From positions 1,550,001 through 1,614,000 of the forward strand of contig MU058636.1 of the NCBI GenBank assembly GCA_013265495.1: a DNA stretch of 64,000 nt. Direction: 5' to 3'. A program made the translations under genes and the position numbers. Shown here piece after piece: positions 1 through 12,787 of the stretch. The stretch comes from Vicugna vicugna (Eukaryota). Numbering within the stretch: position 1 is the first letter of the stretch; every line of letters begins with the position of its first letter. The notes under the pieces were generated by a model. The model was not told the DNA's origin. It did not search any database and saw only the letters and a list, made by a program, of their open reading frames with translations.

Positions 1-89
1 CTACCTGACAAATTTTCTAGTGCATATCTGTGCATAAAAATACAATTTAATAAATCTTTTAGAAAAGGAGTGCTTGCCCTGAGAGATTG

Positions 90-870
90 ACAAAGATTTC
101 TCAAAGAGGTGATGTCACTTGAGCCAAGTAAGCCCACACAGACTCAGGGCAGGGGGTGGGTAGAAAAGAGAAAGTGAGGCTAGGGGCTAGGCAGGGGCCG
201 GGTCATGAATGGCGGTGCCTAACCATTGTGCAGATGACACAGGGCCACTGAGGACTTGCAAACAGGGTGAGGACTGATCCGTGATGACCAGGGCTGGGGT
301 TTAAAAACGCTCCCCTGATGGCACGAGAGTCTGGACTGAAAGAGTGGAAGTGGGCAGGTGCTTGGGAAGGCGCATCTCAGTCTTGGAGGACTGAGGCTTC
401 AGTGCCTGAAAGCAGCAGGATGCTCAGTCTGCAGACCTAGGGCATCAGTGGTATTCAGACGTGCAAGGTGGCAATCCAAGATGGTCCTTAAAACTATGAC
501 AGTAAATGGGGGACCGGGGCCTGCTGACATCCACCACGAGGGGCAGGATTCTCTTCAGAGGGGGGAGGAGAGGCAGGACCTGGGGTGTGAGGTGCGTGGC
601 GGAGGGGAGGGAGGGTAAGGGGGCTGCAGAGCCATCGAAAGCCTGACTGGGGTCGGACCAGAGGCCTTGGTTTGAGTTTAATTTACTAGGAAATTGGGAG
701 CTAACATTTAATTCAGAACAATTTGTTTCCACACAGGGAGTGAGCAAAGCTCCGTAAGAATAGAAACCACAGCGTCAGGACTGCCTGGGAGGTGCTGTAA
801 AAGCAGTGGCGAGGAAACCAGGCCTGTCATCCAGCGGAAATGCCCAGTGAGCCCCTCAGGTGACTTAGAG
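90..870 (-). mobile_element. Degenerate L2 LINE fragments
   Basis: Purine-rich sequence resembling reverse-complement L2 (gaggtgatgtcacttgagc, agggccactgaggacttg). Boundaries approximate. Confidence 0.45.
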
Positions 871-1379
871 CTTTCTGGCAACCACGCTAAAAAGGTAAAA
901 AGAAACCGGTGACATTAACTCTAATAAATTTAAATAGTCCAGTGTATCCAAGGTGTTTAGCATCTCAAAACGTGGTACTTGGTCACACTTGGAGTGCTCA
1001 GGGGCCCCGTCTGGCAGTCCTGAAGAGGCAGACAGTCCCAGTTGGGAGGGATCACGTGCCCTGTGCCTTCAGGAACGAGGACGAGGAGACGGGCTCCAAG
1101 CTTGGGCTGCTGTAACGAGGCCACAGACAAAAGTAAGGACCACAGCTAAGTCAGCATCTGCTGTGCAAGAAGAGACAGTGTCGCTCTTGGGGAAAGGAGG
1201 GCTTTTATTTCCATCCTAAATGATGATCACACCGTTACTTAAATACATCTGAAAAGGTCCTGAAGTAACTTAAACTGAAGGCACAGAACAAATCAAAATA
1301 TTTAACTGAGCTTAAAACGAGAGAATTCAAATATTTCGACAGTAACAATGAATTATGAACAAGTTTCCATCACCAAATA

Positions 1380-3237
1380 TTCTGACCAAAAGCTATAGTC
1401 TTTAATAAAAACCAAATTAGCTTAAGCTGATTAAGATTTCCATGATAAAAATGAAAGGTCATCTTTCAAAATCCTCATTATACCACCAGGTTCACTGTAA
1501 GCATTGTATTTATAACCAAGCGGTAGTTAGCATATTTGCTGATGGATGGTCACTCCCCAAGAATGATGCATTCTTACAAAATTTTTAAGACAAAAGCAAA
1601 GTGGATTGCAAAATTCTATTGGGGAGCAGGAAAAAAAAGTTGTTCATGTCAATTAGATTAACAAAGTATTTCAATATCAAATTGCTTCAAAAGCCAGTCA
1701 TCATATAACAGTAATGTACTGCACGGGCATTCCACTGTGTCTTGGTTAACTGTTGACCATACAGTGTGGCTCAGGGTTCGAATAAGTCAGTAACGATTAT
1801 TTTGCCATTTCTTAGTCAAAAGAGATAGGTTTAAAAAAAAAAATCACTGAAAATAACTGGAATAATCTGTAACAAGCTGTAGCTACAGTAAACCCCAGCA
1901 ATGCAATTGCTGAGTTTTAAAGTGGTCAGGCTTCATGATACACTAGTATTTTGAAATACATTCTCTGATGAACACCACTAATTACAGAGGTCAGTTGAAA
2001 TTAGCTCAGATTCTGAACTAGGCTTCTAAATGAAACTTTTCAAGTATGCATAATATTAATAAGGTAAAGATTTTTCTCTTATTCACTGTGTTCTTCCAAC
2101 GGTCAACTGTGATGAATAAAGGGCAAACAAAATAGGCCGGTCAGTTTATTAAAATACTAAAAAAAAAAAAAAAAAGAGTCTATTGACCAAGGACTGATGG
2201 AAAGATATTAACATCTGAAACTTACTATTCAGGGGGAAAAAAAAACTTTTCAGACTTTTTCCTGAAATTAAGAAATGGGGAAAAACACTCAAGATTCTTT
2301 AACAGAATAAAATTTTAAAAAAAGGTCTTTCTTCTGCTTAGCTGTGATATATGAGTGTGTTTAAGCAACATGGTTTTATTTTTATCATTTAATTTAGTTG
2401 CATAAATCAAAAACATTCCCAGCCAAGTTTGCTGATAGAAGTATAATACAAACTCTAGAAAACGATTTTTAGCAAAAACTGCTTCAAAATTTTCCTACAT
2501 AACAAAACATTCCTTTGGAAATGAATCTTTAATGCTTTTGGACTGTTCAAGTAAATGCAGCTTTTATCACCTCCAGCACTAAACTGTAATTACCGCCCAG
2601 ATTCCTTCGTCACTGGGTAGCATCCTTTATTCTTACTATTCTAATCACGGTACGGTATTTTAAAAATAATCTCTTTAGTGGCCTCAGACTTACGTCTTCA
2701 TCTATGAGTACTGAGAGATTAAAGTAGAAATAAAATAAGCCAGAAAAATCACCTTATAAACAGTATGAAGTCTTGAAATGTTGGCACCGATGAGCAGTGG
2801 GAAAGGCTTACCTGGCCAGAGGACGCGCCCCCCTCCCCGCACAGCAGTGGCTGCGCCAGGCAGCGAGTGCCAGGGCCGCCGTCTTCACTGACAGCCTCCT
2901 GGGCGCGCGGAACTCGTTTTATGACTCAGTTATTGCAAACAAAGAACCACGAGTAAGTCATCCATCCAGCTGGCTCACAGTCTGGGCAGGTCACGATCTG
3001 ACCACGAGAGTCTGGATTCTGAAAGTGGGATCCTGCAAGTGCTATGGAAGACTGTCCCGGAGCTGAGAGAAATGTGGCGACTGGAGGAAGCAGCCAACGA
3101 AGGACAAGCCGAGTGGCTCTGGCCCCACGTGAACCAGCTGTGTGAGCGGCCCCTGACTGACAAACGCAACAAAACCGAAGGGTTTTCTTTCTGAATCCTG
3201 AACAGGAAGGTGTCTGACTCAAAACCAGCTTCAAAGT
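1380..3237 (-). other. LNX2: LNX2 3' UTR (end point uncertain)
   Basis: Mostly AU-rich sequence downstream of the stop codon, with no recognisable repeat. Minus-strand poly(A) signals: ATTAAA at 1401-1406; AATAAA at 1204-1209, 2145-2150, 2375-2380 and 2626-2631. Confidence 0.6.
1401..1406 (-). terminator. Candidate polyadenylation signal ATTAAA
   Basis: On the minus strand it is followed about 20 nt later by a possible cleavage site and U/GU-rich downstream sequence (ttgttcataattcattgttactgt). Confidence 0.45.
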
Positions 3238-3373
3238 CTATACCAGACTGCCAGGCCAGCAAATAACGGTCAGGGTGACTTTGTTCCTCTGCTCCTTCAA
3301 CATGGGGACCAGCGCCGAGTGGCTCATGCCCACGGTTGACAGGCCGTTCACGGCCACGATCATGTCGCCACAC
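3238..3373 (-). CDS. LNX2: LNX2 last exon, coding part: end of PDZ4 ([44 protein letters not shown])
   Basis: Acceptor ttgtcCAG|G and TAG stop at 3240-3238. 136 nt. The spliced total of 2061 nt is divisible by 3. Confidence 0.96.
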
Positions 3374-4359
3374 CTGGACAACAACAGAAGCAGTCACTGT
3401 TTTCACGGCATGAAAGACATTATCCTGAGATCTATTTAGCATGAAAACCAGAGTTTCACTTAACCAAACTGTCAGTGAGGAGGACATGTACCTTGCTTTG
3501 AGGAACATCTGGGCTGCTTTTTAGGCCTGTGTTGGCTTTCTCCTGCCAATCAAGGACACCCTGTGCCAGCCTCTCCTGGAGCTGCTGGATGATTTCAAGG
3601 GCAAGCAGACTAATTTTCATATAAGCTTCAGCAAAACATAGTTAAGATAATAAATCTGCCTCTTTTCTAAAAATACTAAGCAATACATGTGGAGGGGGTT
3701 GCTTATTATTTTGACTGTTTGTTTTTACAGCTCTTGACATTCGAGGCTTCACTTAAGTTGAGAATAAGACCCACACCTCCCCCTCTTTCAGCTGCTGTCC
3801 TGCAGCCTGATGATCACAAATGGACGATGGATCCGAAGACCTTCTATCATTTACGACTTTGGTCTTTAGTTTGAATACGGACTATTACTGTTAGGTACTT
3901 CAACTTCTTTTTGAAAGTAAGTGGAGGTTAATTAGTTTATAATTTGCGTGAGGCCCAGAGGGAGTAATTTAGCTAAGAGAATGGTTAATTCATCCCCCCC
4001 AGCCCTTCCCTCCTAGAACAGCGGTCTCCCTTCTCCCTCAGGGTGAGGCTGCCCTGGGGCACACCGACCCAGAGTGGTTTTCCCAGCGTCCCTGAGATGG
4101 CGCTGTTCACAGACGCTGTAAACTTTCTATTTGTGCAGCATTCACACTAAGATGTCAGCATGCACTTTTAAAGAGCTGTTTCTTTTATCCAAAACGTAGA
4201 CATTAAGAACTTAAATCACCCATCTCCTCTGAATATAACCTCTTGATGTAACACCTCTTTCTTCTCACGGCGCCTAAGCTTTGAAAACGAGGCTGCACCA
4301 AGGTTGAGGGAGTACTTTTCGCCTAGTGGTGACAACAGCAGGGACTTGATGGCAAAGCT

Positions 4360-4505
4360 GGACAGTCCTGGGTCTGAACTGTAGTCAACCACGTCCTGCT
4401 GTTCGAGTGTGGGCAAATTTCTTAACCTGTTGAAGCCTCAGTTGTCTTGCTTGTAAAACAAGAATAACCACAGCACCTGCGTCACAGGGCGGCTGAGGAG
4501 AGCCC
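4360..4505 (+). mobile_element. MIR SINE fragment
   Basis: MIR core-like gggcaaatttcttaacctgttgaagcctcagttgtcttgcttgtaaaac. Confidence 0.6.
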
Positions 4506-4982
4506 TGGCCCCTGCCTGGCGCACGGGCAGCTACCTCCCCGCCCACTGGTGACCGCATGTGCCAGGCACTGGGATGGCGGCCGGGGGCACAGCCGTCGGC
4601 GCAACAGCATCCCTCCGTGTGGACCTGCATAAACGGAACGTTGGGCAGACGTAGACGTTACAGAGAAGTTGTCACCTAGTGACGGGTCGGGCCTGAGCAC
4701 CCAGAGCAAGCTGCCTGTCGGCGCGTCCAGGTGACTCAGGTTGAGCGCCTGGTGTCAGACTAACCGCAAGGCCACCACCACCAGGGCGACGTGGAGCGAG
4801 CATCTCAGGCTCCGAGAACCCCCGGCCTCCGTCACGGCCCCTCAGCGCTGTCGCTGTCGTAGCTGAGAAGCAGCCACGGGTAACAAAGAAACGAGTAAAC
4901 TGCACCGATGGGACCAGACGACAGGCTGGACTGGAGCTGTGCCCGGCCTAGACAAGAAACATGAACGTATCACAAGACTCAC

Positions 4983-5141
4983 TTTAATCTTCCATCATAA
5001 TAGGCAGGCGTTCCCAGGACAATGGTTTTGATGAAGAAAGGCTGATTGGTGTGGTTCTCTTCGTAGCCGCCGACAATACTGAAGCCCCAGCTTCCCAAGT
5101 AGCTTCTTCGTAAAACCACATCGTGGCAGCTACGAAGGGCG
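4983..5141 (-). CDS. LNX2: LNX2 exon 9: first part of PDZ4 ([52 protein letters not shown])
   Basis: Translated by hand in a different frame from the tracked ORF 4984..5214. Acceptor gttcacAG|C and donor TTAAA|GTGAGT. 159 nt. Confidence 0.95.
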
Positions 5142-5602
5142 CTGTGAACGCAGAAAGCAAGAAAAATGAGCGTGGAGGCTTCTCAGCGCCTGCTCGTCTT
5201 GGAGACAACGCCATTCCCCGCTCTACGTGTCACTGAGGGGGTGGTTACGACGTGCTCGGGAAGGGCCCCCCACTTTGACCCGGTTTCCCTGCTGAGAAAC
5301 GCACGTGCGGTCCCGGCGCGGACCCAGCTCTTCTAAGCGGGAGCCTGGCCACCCCGGCCCACGGCTGGCCCGCTACGTGCCCCGAGTAGGAATGAACAGA
5401 ATGGTTTTATTGAACAGATGTTTTTTCAGCCTAGTTCTTATTATAAAATTGACCTTTAAAAATAGAATAACCTAAGAAAATTTAACGTGATTTGATTTCC
5501 TACTTTTATCTAACTAAAGCCTTTTCCCCTGAATGAGTGACTCTGCCGACCTCCCCCGACAGGGCGTAACCGTGACGACTGCACAGGACGGGGGCGCAGC
5601 AC

Positions 5603-5834
5603 CTGGGCAGCCCGAGCCACATGAGCCACGACGGGGACCAGCTGGCGTCGTACTCGTTCTCGCTGACGGTGCTCAGCTGCTCCTCCAGGCCCTGTGCGGC
5701 CTCCTCCACGACCTGGACCTCCAGTGCTTTCAGGGCCACTGTGGGGGACGCAGCGCTGGCTTTCAGCATAGCAACAGCCTCACTGTGACTTAAATTGGTC
5801 AAATCAATGCCGTTGATATTCAACAAGATGTCAC
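5603..5834 (-). CDS. LNX2: LNX2 exon 8: second half of PDZ3 and linker ([24 protein letters not shown]...[13 protein letters not shown])
   Basis: Acceptor ttgaaCAG|GT and donor CCCAG|GTGCTG. 232 nt; overlaps ORF 5506..5826. Confidence 0.95.
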
Positions 5835-6639
5835 CTGTTCAAATTAAGAAACAAAAATGAGCCCCCAAGTATTTCCCTGCAAATCCTGTTACCTGTAAAC
5901 TAATCAACAGAAGTGATTTCCAAAAGCTCAGATGAGACAAGGTAAAAGGCCATCTTTCCTTTTTGTGTTTTTTATAATACTGAGGAAAAATGCACTTCAT
6001 GGAAAACATTCCAAAGACAATTCAAAAATTTAAAATAATTTAACAATATATAGGAAGAGGTGTTGCTTGAGGCTCTGCGACCCCACGGAAGCCGGCGTCA
6101 CCAGGCCTGGGCTGGCTGTGCACAGTCCTGCCATGTTCATTTCTCCTCTGACAGCGCCTTCCAATTAAAAAACAACTTGATCCTTTGCTCTTAGAAATGA
6201 ATTTTTAATATGTTCTACTTTATATTTTTACAGTTTTATACATCAAGACGGCTTGGCCTAGTTCACTCAGTGCAAACATCAGAATATGGACAGAAGATAC
6301 AGTTGGGCCCAGGCAGAGAAATGAAACTTGTGATGTGGACGTGTCCTGCTTGGGGAGGAAAAACAGCGTTAGTTGCTCTGCCAACTAATATAATAAAAAG
6401 GGCAAGGAGGATTATAAAAAAGGGCAGGAAGGAAAGGATTAGGTTTATAGAAGCACAAACAATTGTACTAAGAAAGCCCATAGAAAATCCTCCCAATTCA
6501 TCAGTTATTTTTCAATTATTAAAGCAAAAACATCCTCATTATAGAAAACTAAGAAGGAAATACAGTTACCTCAGATTCCACAATAGGACAAATAACTTAA
6601 AAACAAGTACCCTTATTAAGCTAAAATTCATACAGCACT

Positions 6640-7015
6640 CAGTTAAAGAATAGGATTTTATGGTTTCATAGAGTCGTGCAGCCGTCACGCATTGTCTTCA
6701 GAACATTCTGGCCCCCCCCTGCACCGGTTAGTAATCGGCGCCCTTTTCCCAGCCCGACGCAACCACTAATCCACCGGCTCCACAGACCTGCCTGCTCTGG
6801 CATTTCAGGTGATGAAGTCACACGTGGACTTCCATGTCTGACTGTGCTTCACTCAGCACAGGGTCTCCAAGGTTCGCCCGCACTGTGGGATGTGTCAACA
6901 TCTCAAATTCCTTTTTACGGCAGGTAGGCCACTGTGTGGACAAACCATGTTCTGCTGACCCACTCATCAGTTAATGGACATCTAGGATGTTTCAGCTTTT
7001 CAGCTGTTAGAAAAC
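6640..7015 (-). mobile_element. Old L1M (L1MB-like) 3' end fragment, GC-shifted
   Basis: ccactcatcagttaatggacatctaggatgtttc and caaccactaatcc resemble reverse-complement L1 3' end motifs. Confidence 0.6.
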
Positions 7016-7066
7016 TGAGTAGAATTTGGGAGAAGATGTGGTGAATCCGTTCAAGATGTAGCTCAC

Positions 7067-7244
7067 CTCTCTTGATTCTGCCGTCCCGTGCGAGGCAGCC
7101 ATGAGGGGGCACGCTGGTCACGAAGATGGGTAGCTCCCCACTCTTACTCCCGCGGCCCCCCGCTACTGTCATGCCAAGCGACTCGTGAGGTTCCTTCTTT
7201 ACAGTGATGTGTTTTTCTTGGCATGTAACACACTGGGCAAGATC
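7067..7244 (-). CDS. LNX2: LNX2 exon 7: first half of PDZ3 ([59 protein letters not shown])
   Basis: Acceptor ttgtttAG|GAT and donor AGAG|GTGAGC. 178 nt. Confidence 0.96.
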
Positions 7245-9019
7245 CTAAACAAGAGAGGAAAGATTTACTGGATAATGAGTAATATATATAGTTGAAGTAA
7301 AGACAGCTTAAACTAAAATAGAAACTTATGTAGCAGAATTTATAGTCATTTAAAAATAGTCAATTAAAAATCATTTAAGAACTGAAAGCAGTACAGAGTT
7401 CTTCATAGGTACAACTGATACAGTGAACAAAACACTGGATCCCAATGTCAAACTTTGGACCTCTGTTTCTTCACATGGCTATTTATGGAACTGAAAAACT
7501 CAGGACTGTTGACATATGGAAGTCAAAGTAAGTAAGCACATCATTTGCATAATTACCTTGAGCTCCAAGGTATGACTGATTATAAAAAAAAGCAAATAAT
7601 GCACGTGAATTTTAAGATTCTGAAGACAAGCCAATTTTACTCCCATTTTTCTCATCTTTATAAGCTGACAGACTAGTATATAAAACTGGATTTTACTAAC
7701 TGCCAGAAAAAGCTAGACTTATCTTCTGATTCTTACACATATCTCAAATTACTGCAGAATTCAATGACATAAAAGATTCAATAATCAGTTTTTGCCTGTG
7801 TGTGTGTATATATCCCTAAAGAATTGCTGTATAATTTGTAAAGCAAGGACAAGCTATATGAAACAACTCCTATTTGAAATTTCTATTCAAAACAATAACT
7901 CCTTTTCATGGTCCTCATTATGGAGGCAAAATTATAGGTTTCCTTCATACATTTCAGTTTCGGTTCAGAAATGAGAACAAGTCTGTGGTTACAATTTCTT
8001 ACTAGTATTAACTAAACCAAAGACCAGTGACAAGTCTGTACTTGAGCTCAGAAAACTAGATAAACCTAATGGGCCAGAAACAGTTGTGCCTGTAAGGGAT
8101 GCTTTCTTAGGATACCTGTGACATTCCAAAGGTAATTATTCTCTCAAACACTGTACTTACATTAAGAAGTCACTTCAGCACACAGGGAACTAACTGTGGC
8201 TTTAAGGAGACCAACGGATAAATTTTTGTTTAGTAAAGCAATTTAACTTCACTTAAGGAGAGGTGAATTTGGAAACTCAGTTTAGCTTGTATTTTCACAT
8301 AGTTGAGTAAACACCATCGTTTACTCAACGTTTACTCAAAAAACTCCTGGCCTACCAGAAATTGAGTTCCAATGAAGGACAAAATGAAGTAAATAATATC
8401 AAAAATGCAGTAAAGTACCACCCTTTTAAAATTTCTACAACTAAAGTGAGACAGTATCAAAATTCTCAACACAGATAAAGCACCTGGTATGTATTATAAA
8501 ACCAGTGAAATACTGAAGCGTGGAAAAAGCTCACCATGTGGGAACTGTCACTGATTTAGGGTGGGCTTCCTGTCTATACCAAGAAATATGCTATACAGAT
8601 ACAGCTGTCGAATTTATGATTTATGTTTAATATTCATGTATGTAATTCTGTTGTAGGCAAGCTGCCCAGTTGCTAAGTACAGACTGTCAATCGTTGTCTT
8701 CATTCTGCTTTTTCAATTATATAACCAACTGTTGCATTTAAATGAGCAACCCAAGATAAACCCCACTTGCAAGCAGAACTAGACAAACCAAAGATTTTTC
8801 TGGATGATCAAATACTTCGCGACAATCGCCTGGCAGAGAAACTCTACTGGCTGAGGAACTGAAACAATGCAGTCACTCTCCAAGGTGGCAAAACACACAC
8901 ACTTCACATCCCAAACACCGACGGTCACCTCCTCCAACAGAGTAACAGCCCTCACTGAAAGCTTACCTGCTTGTAAGGTCATCCCTGGAGGGTGAATTAA
9001 CAACCACAAAGTGCCTCAC

Positions 9020-9160
9020 CTTGTGTGAGCTGGGCCTGCTGTGGCCCGGCAGCTGTGCGTGGTGCTGGCTGCTGCTCTGCGTTCCTGCTTCTCGGACAGT
9101 GTGTCCCGGCTGGGGCTTCCCCGTTCTAGCAATGGTTAAATTCACCCTCTCTCCACTAGC
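9020..9160 (-). CDS. LNX2: LNX2 exon 6: end of PDZ2 and linker ([16 protein letters not shown]...RPSSHK)
   Basis: Lies within ORF 8963..9250. Acceptor ttttgtcCAG|GCT and donor AAG|GTGAGG. 141 nt. Confidence 0.95.
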
Positions 9161-9458
9161 CTGGACAAAACACACACACGGCCACCAGTCATTAGCGATG
9201 CTTCCCGCGTAACCAAGTACAGGCAGTGGGATTTTTACCGCACTTCTCACCCCACCTCGTCACTGCCCCACTGCCTCGCCTGGTGGTGCCTGCAAGCACC
9301 TGGAGACAGGAGAGGGGGCGCTCCTCCGTGACCCAGTATTTTAAAACTTCTGCAGCTGAAACGCACATGCGCAGCTCTGGGACGAACCCTCCCCGAGCCC
9401 ACCTCCAAAGTAACCAAGGCAAAGCGGTCAAACTGACCGTGTTCTCGCCCCATGATTT

Positions 9459-9575
9459 AAAAAATTATATATATTTATTTGGGGGGGGTAATTAGGTTTA
9501 TTTATTTTTTTAATGGAGGTACTGGGGACTGAACCCAGGCCCTCGTGCAGGCTAAGCACACACTCTACCCTCCCC
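9459..9575 (-). mobile_element. tRNA-derived SINE (camelid Vic-1-like), A box deleted, with TSD
   Basis: Minus strand reads GGGGAGGGTAGAG...CTTAGCCTGCACGAGGGCCTGGGTTCAGTCCCCAGTACCTCC, then an A-rich/CCTAATTACCCCCCCC tail shared with the copy at 24534. TSD ccccatgattt at 9448-9458 and 9579-9589. Confidence 0.85.
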
Positions 9576-11906
9576 TGCCCCCATGATTTCCTGAAGGGTA
9601 GCTTCCTTTTAATGCTTCTTTTCCCTTTCAAGATTGGCCTTGGCGTTGTGAGGGAGAGAGCAAAGGAAAGAATATAAAAGGAAGAACTGATTCAAAACTT
9701 GATTAAAATCCATTGCAACTTGAAAAATAAATTCCATGGTGGCTACTTTGGAAGTAATCATCAGTGAAACTGCACAGCTTCATTTGTTTGCTATGAAGTC
9801 TGAGTCAAAAATAGGACATCAGCTTAAATAGTCCTGGGAAGAATGGTACCAGATCTGTACTTGTATGTTACCTATATACAGTACACACACACCTGTAAAT
9901 GTTAAGTTAAATTATCTTAGAGGTTCATGACTATCACTGTAAATTTGGAGGCCCATTATCTCTATATATGTATATTTTAACACAGATTCACATCTATTAT
10001 ATTTTAAAAAGTTATTTTATCTTTGCTTTTAAAGTACAGGCCTGATTTATTTGATGATGATTCTTGGTCAGGACCACAATTCCCAATTTCATTATCACTC
10101 CTATGGGAAATTATGATAGTCTGCTTTCAAGGAGTTGTGGTGGAATGCTACATGTGGAGGGGACCTCCCCCATGATTATACTGAGTAATGTTAAGAAATC
10201 ACTATTTTCGGTTTTTCCCCCAGTCTTATTGAGATATAACTGACATACAGCACTGTATTATTTTTCGTCCTTAAATTGGACAATAAGTGATAATTTTTAT
10301 GCCCAACTAAAAAAACATTTGCTTATTCAAGCATTTTACTCAACTTAAGAGCTTCAACCAAGTTCCTCAAAATAAGTCAAAGAAAAATACTCAACATATG
10401 GCCAGATTCCTGAAGCACAGAGTCTGGGTACCTGATCTGAGGGGTAAATACAAAAGTGGAATGTTTAGAATCCTGATACTTAAAATTCTGACCCTTCACA
10501 TCATTAGACTGCACGGCGTGAAGCGGAGACAGGCTCCGCTTGTGACTTTATTTCCAAGTACAGAATTACTTTCATTACTGCTTACTCCTTGGAACCACTA
10601 AATACTCCAGTTAGTATTTTGGTGATACTGGAAAACCCCTAGTTATGCAAACCTATTAACAGAAACAAATCCTTGATCTTTCTAGATTTTCTGAAAGACA
10701 AAATTCTGTGCATAGGATGGAAGGGGGCATTTAGGATTTAAATGATGGACCAAAGTTTGGGTGCAGGCTGACCTTAAACAGAATGCACAATCTAACATGT
10801 CAGAGTTTCAAACACAGTGAAAAAAAGTTGTTAAAGTCAAGATTTTTAAAAATGCAAGCTGTCCACACAATAATACCCTTAATTCATGAGTAAGTGGTGC
10901 GTGCTGCGGCTGGAAGGATAAACTGGTATGATCTGATCCTTTTGGAAGGAAGTTCAGCAAAATGTCTTACAATGAAAAAATATGGGAGTCTGTCAGCAGG
11001 AGGTGACTGAGTGGATTACAGCACAGCACGCCTCCTGCGCAGCCAGGGAAGGCCACGATGAGGGTCTGCACGTACTTTCACAGCAGGAACGTGCTGCTGA
11101 CACAGAGCTGCAGACTCAGAATTTACAGTACGAGTGCCTGTGTTACTACCGTGTGAATATGTACCTACTTATCTGTGGACGTACATACACATCAAGTTTG
11201 TAACAGTGTTCTCCAAACATCAATAGCCTGGAGTGTTTAGATTCAATGTGATTTTAACTTCTTTATTCTGGTGTTTTATCTTCAGTATGCTCCATTTTAG
11301 ATACGGAGTACATGTTATTTTTATAATCCCCAAACAGTAAGGCTGTTAATTCTTTTTCAAAAAATACTTAAAAATGAGCAACTTCAGTTTTCTATAGTTT
11401 GGGGGGAAATTACAGCACAAAATATGATGCAGCTATTTAACTCTCTGGATTATAAAAATCCAAATAAAATACTCTATCATGAAAAAATTTTAATGTTTTC
11501 TACCAGTGTATCCGTATTTTCCACATTTTGGTTAGAGATTTAGTGTGGACCGTCTATTTAGGAATTAGTACTTTAACACTGCGTGACATATAGTCAATCT
11601 GTGTCTCTCCTCCTGTCTTACTGACCTGACTTCTCACTTTACAAAGTCCATTCAGCTCTCCTGTTTAACAAACCCCCAAACTGGGTTAACTTTCTTCTTC
11701 TCTTCCTCCCCCCAGTCCCCACTCTTACAAGGTAAACTTACTTCCAGCAGTGCAGCAGCTGGCAGGACCCACAGGAAAAGCTCCTGGTGCCCCACACGCT
11801 GCCTCTGATTTGAGGGACTTAAAAGGCACTCAGTTTCTTTAAACCTCAAGTCTATGAAATGAGACCAATTCCTGAACCTCCTTTTCAATGTGGTATGCAG
11901 TGAGCC

Positions 11907-11990
11907 TGTGTGTGTGTGTGTGTGTATGTGATGTGAGTGGGTGCATATGTGTACATGTGAGTTTGTGTATGTGTGAACATGGGAATGTGT
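11907..11990. repeat. (TG)n microsatellite with degenerate extension
   Basis: tgtgtgtgtgtgtgtgtgtatgtgatgtgagtgggtgcatatgtgt... Confidence 0.85.
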
Positions 11991-12787
11991 TTTCCTAAGG
12001 CTATATTGAACCAAAATGTGAAAAAAAAAAAGGTTAAAGGGGAGGGAGACTTGGGTTTTCTTTCAGTGCTAAATTTGTTACTTGACTGTGTATATGTGCA
12101 CTTTTAGTGACTGTCAACCTACCTGAATTTCCACTGTTCAGTGATAGTATCACTTGATTTCCTCTGTAGTGCTGTGCTTTAAAAACCCACGTGTGGCGTC
12201 ACCCTCCACCCACGTTACCTGCCAGGCATGTGGCAGGACCTGAAGATCTTCTTGGGATGATGCTCTGAATTATCTGTTTTGATGTTCTTATTAAAAACAT
12301 GTTTTATTCTCCAGTGATGACTAACCTTACCTATGAGATACCGTGAGGACAATGTTACGTGTCTGAAGTGCTCTGAATTTCTTCAAAAAAAAAAAAAAAA
12401 GGCACTATAGAGAGTTATTCTGAACAAAAGTGATTTCCCCGCTATTTTTATGGATCATGAAGTGGAGGAGTGAGACTAGGTGAGCCACAACCTCAGGGGC
12501 CACAGCCCTTGGGGCCTCATTCTTACTCGTTGGGTGTGGACACCAGCACTTGTCACATCTGGCACCGGGTGGAGTGGAACGAGCAAACAGGGAACTGCCC
12601 GAGAAACTGCGGAGCCTTAACCTTGGAAACAGGCAGCTTACAAGTCCACGGGCGCGGGGACTTCAGAGCAGAGTCCTCTGTGATGAACTGAGGCAGCCAG
12701 GCTTGACTCCACAATGGAACATTGTATCGCCTGGATTCCCACGTTATCTCCTAAGACCACAACCTCGGAGTGATACGGGGGGCTCAC

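Noticed and set aside
1732..1769. Iron-responsive element in the 3' UTR hairpin
   Set aside because: The loop reads CAGUU rather than CAGUGN, and the 5-bp upper stem geometry is absent.
2975..3508. 177-aa minus-strand ORF over the last exon
   Set aside because: It is an alternative frame spanning intron, exon and UTR. The spliced frame gives the canonical PDZ4 and WPGSLV end.
6210..6653. 147-aa plus-strand ORF
   Set aside because: A-rich, Lys/Ile-biased sequence with no recognisable domain; possibly decayed L1 sequence.
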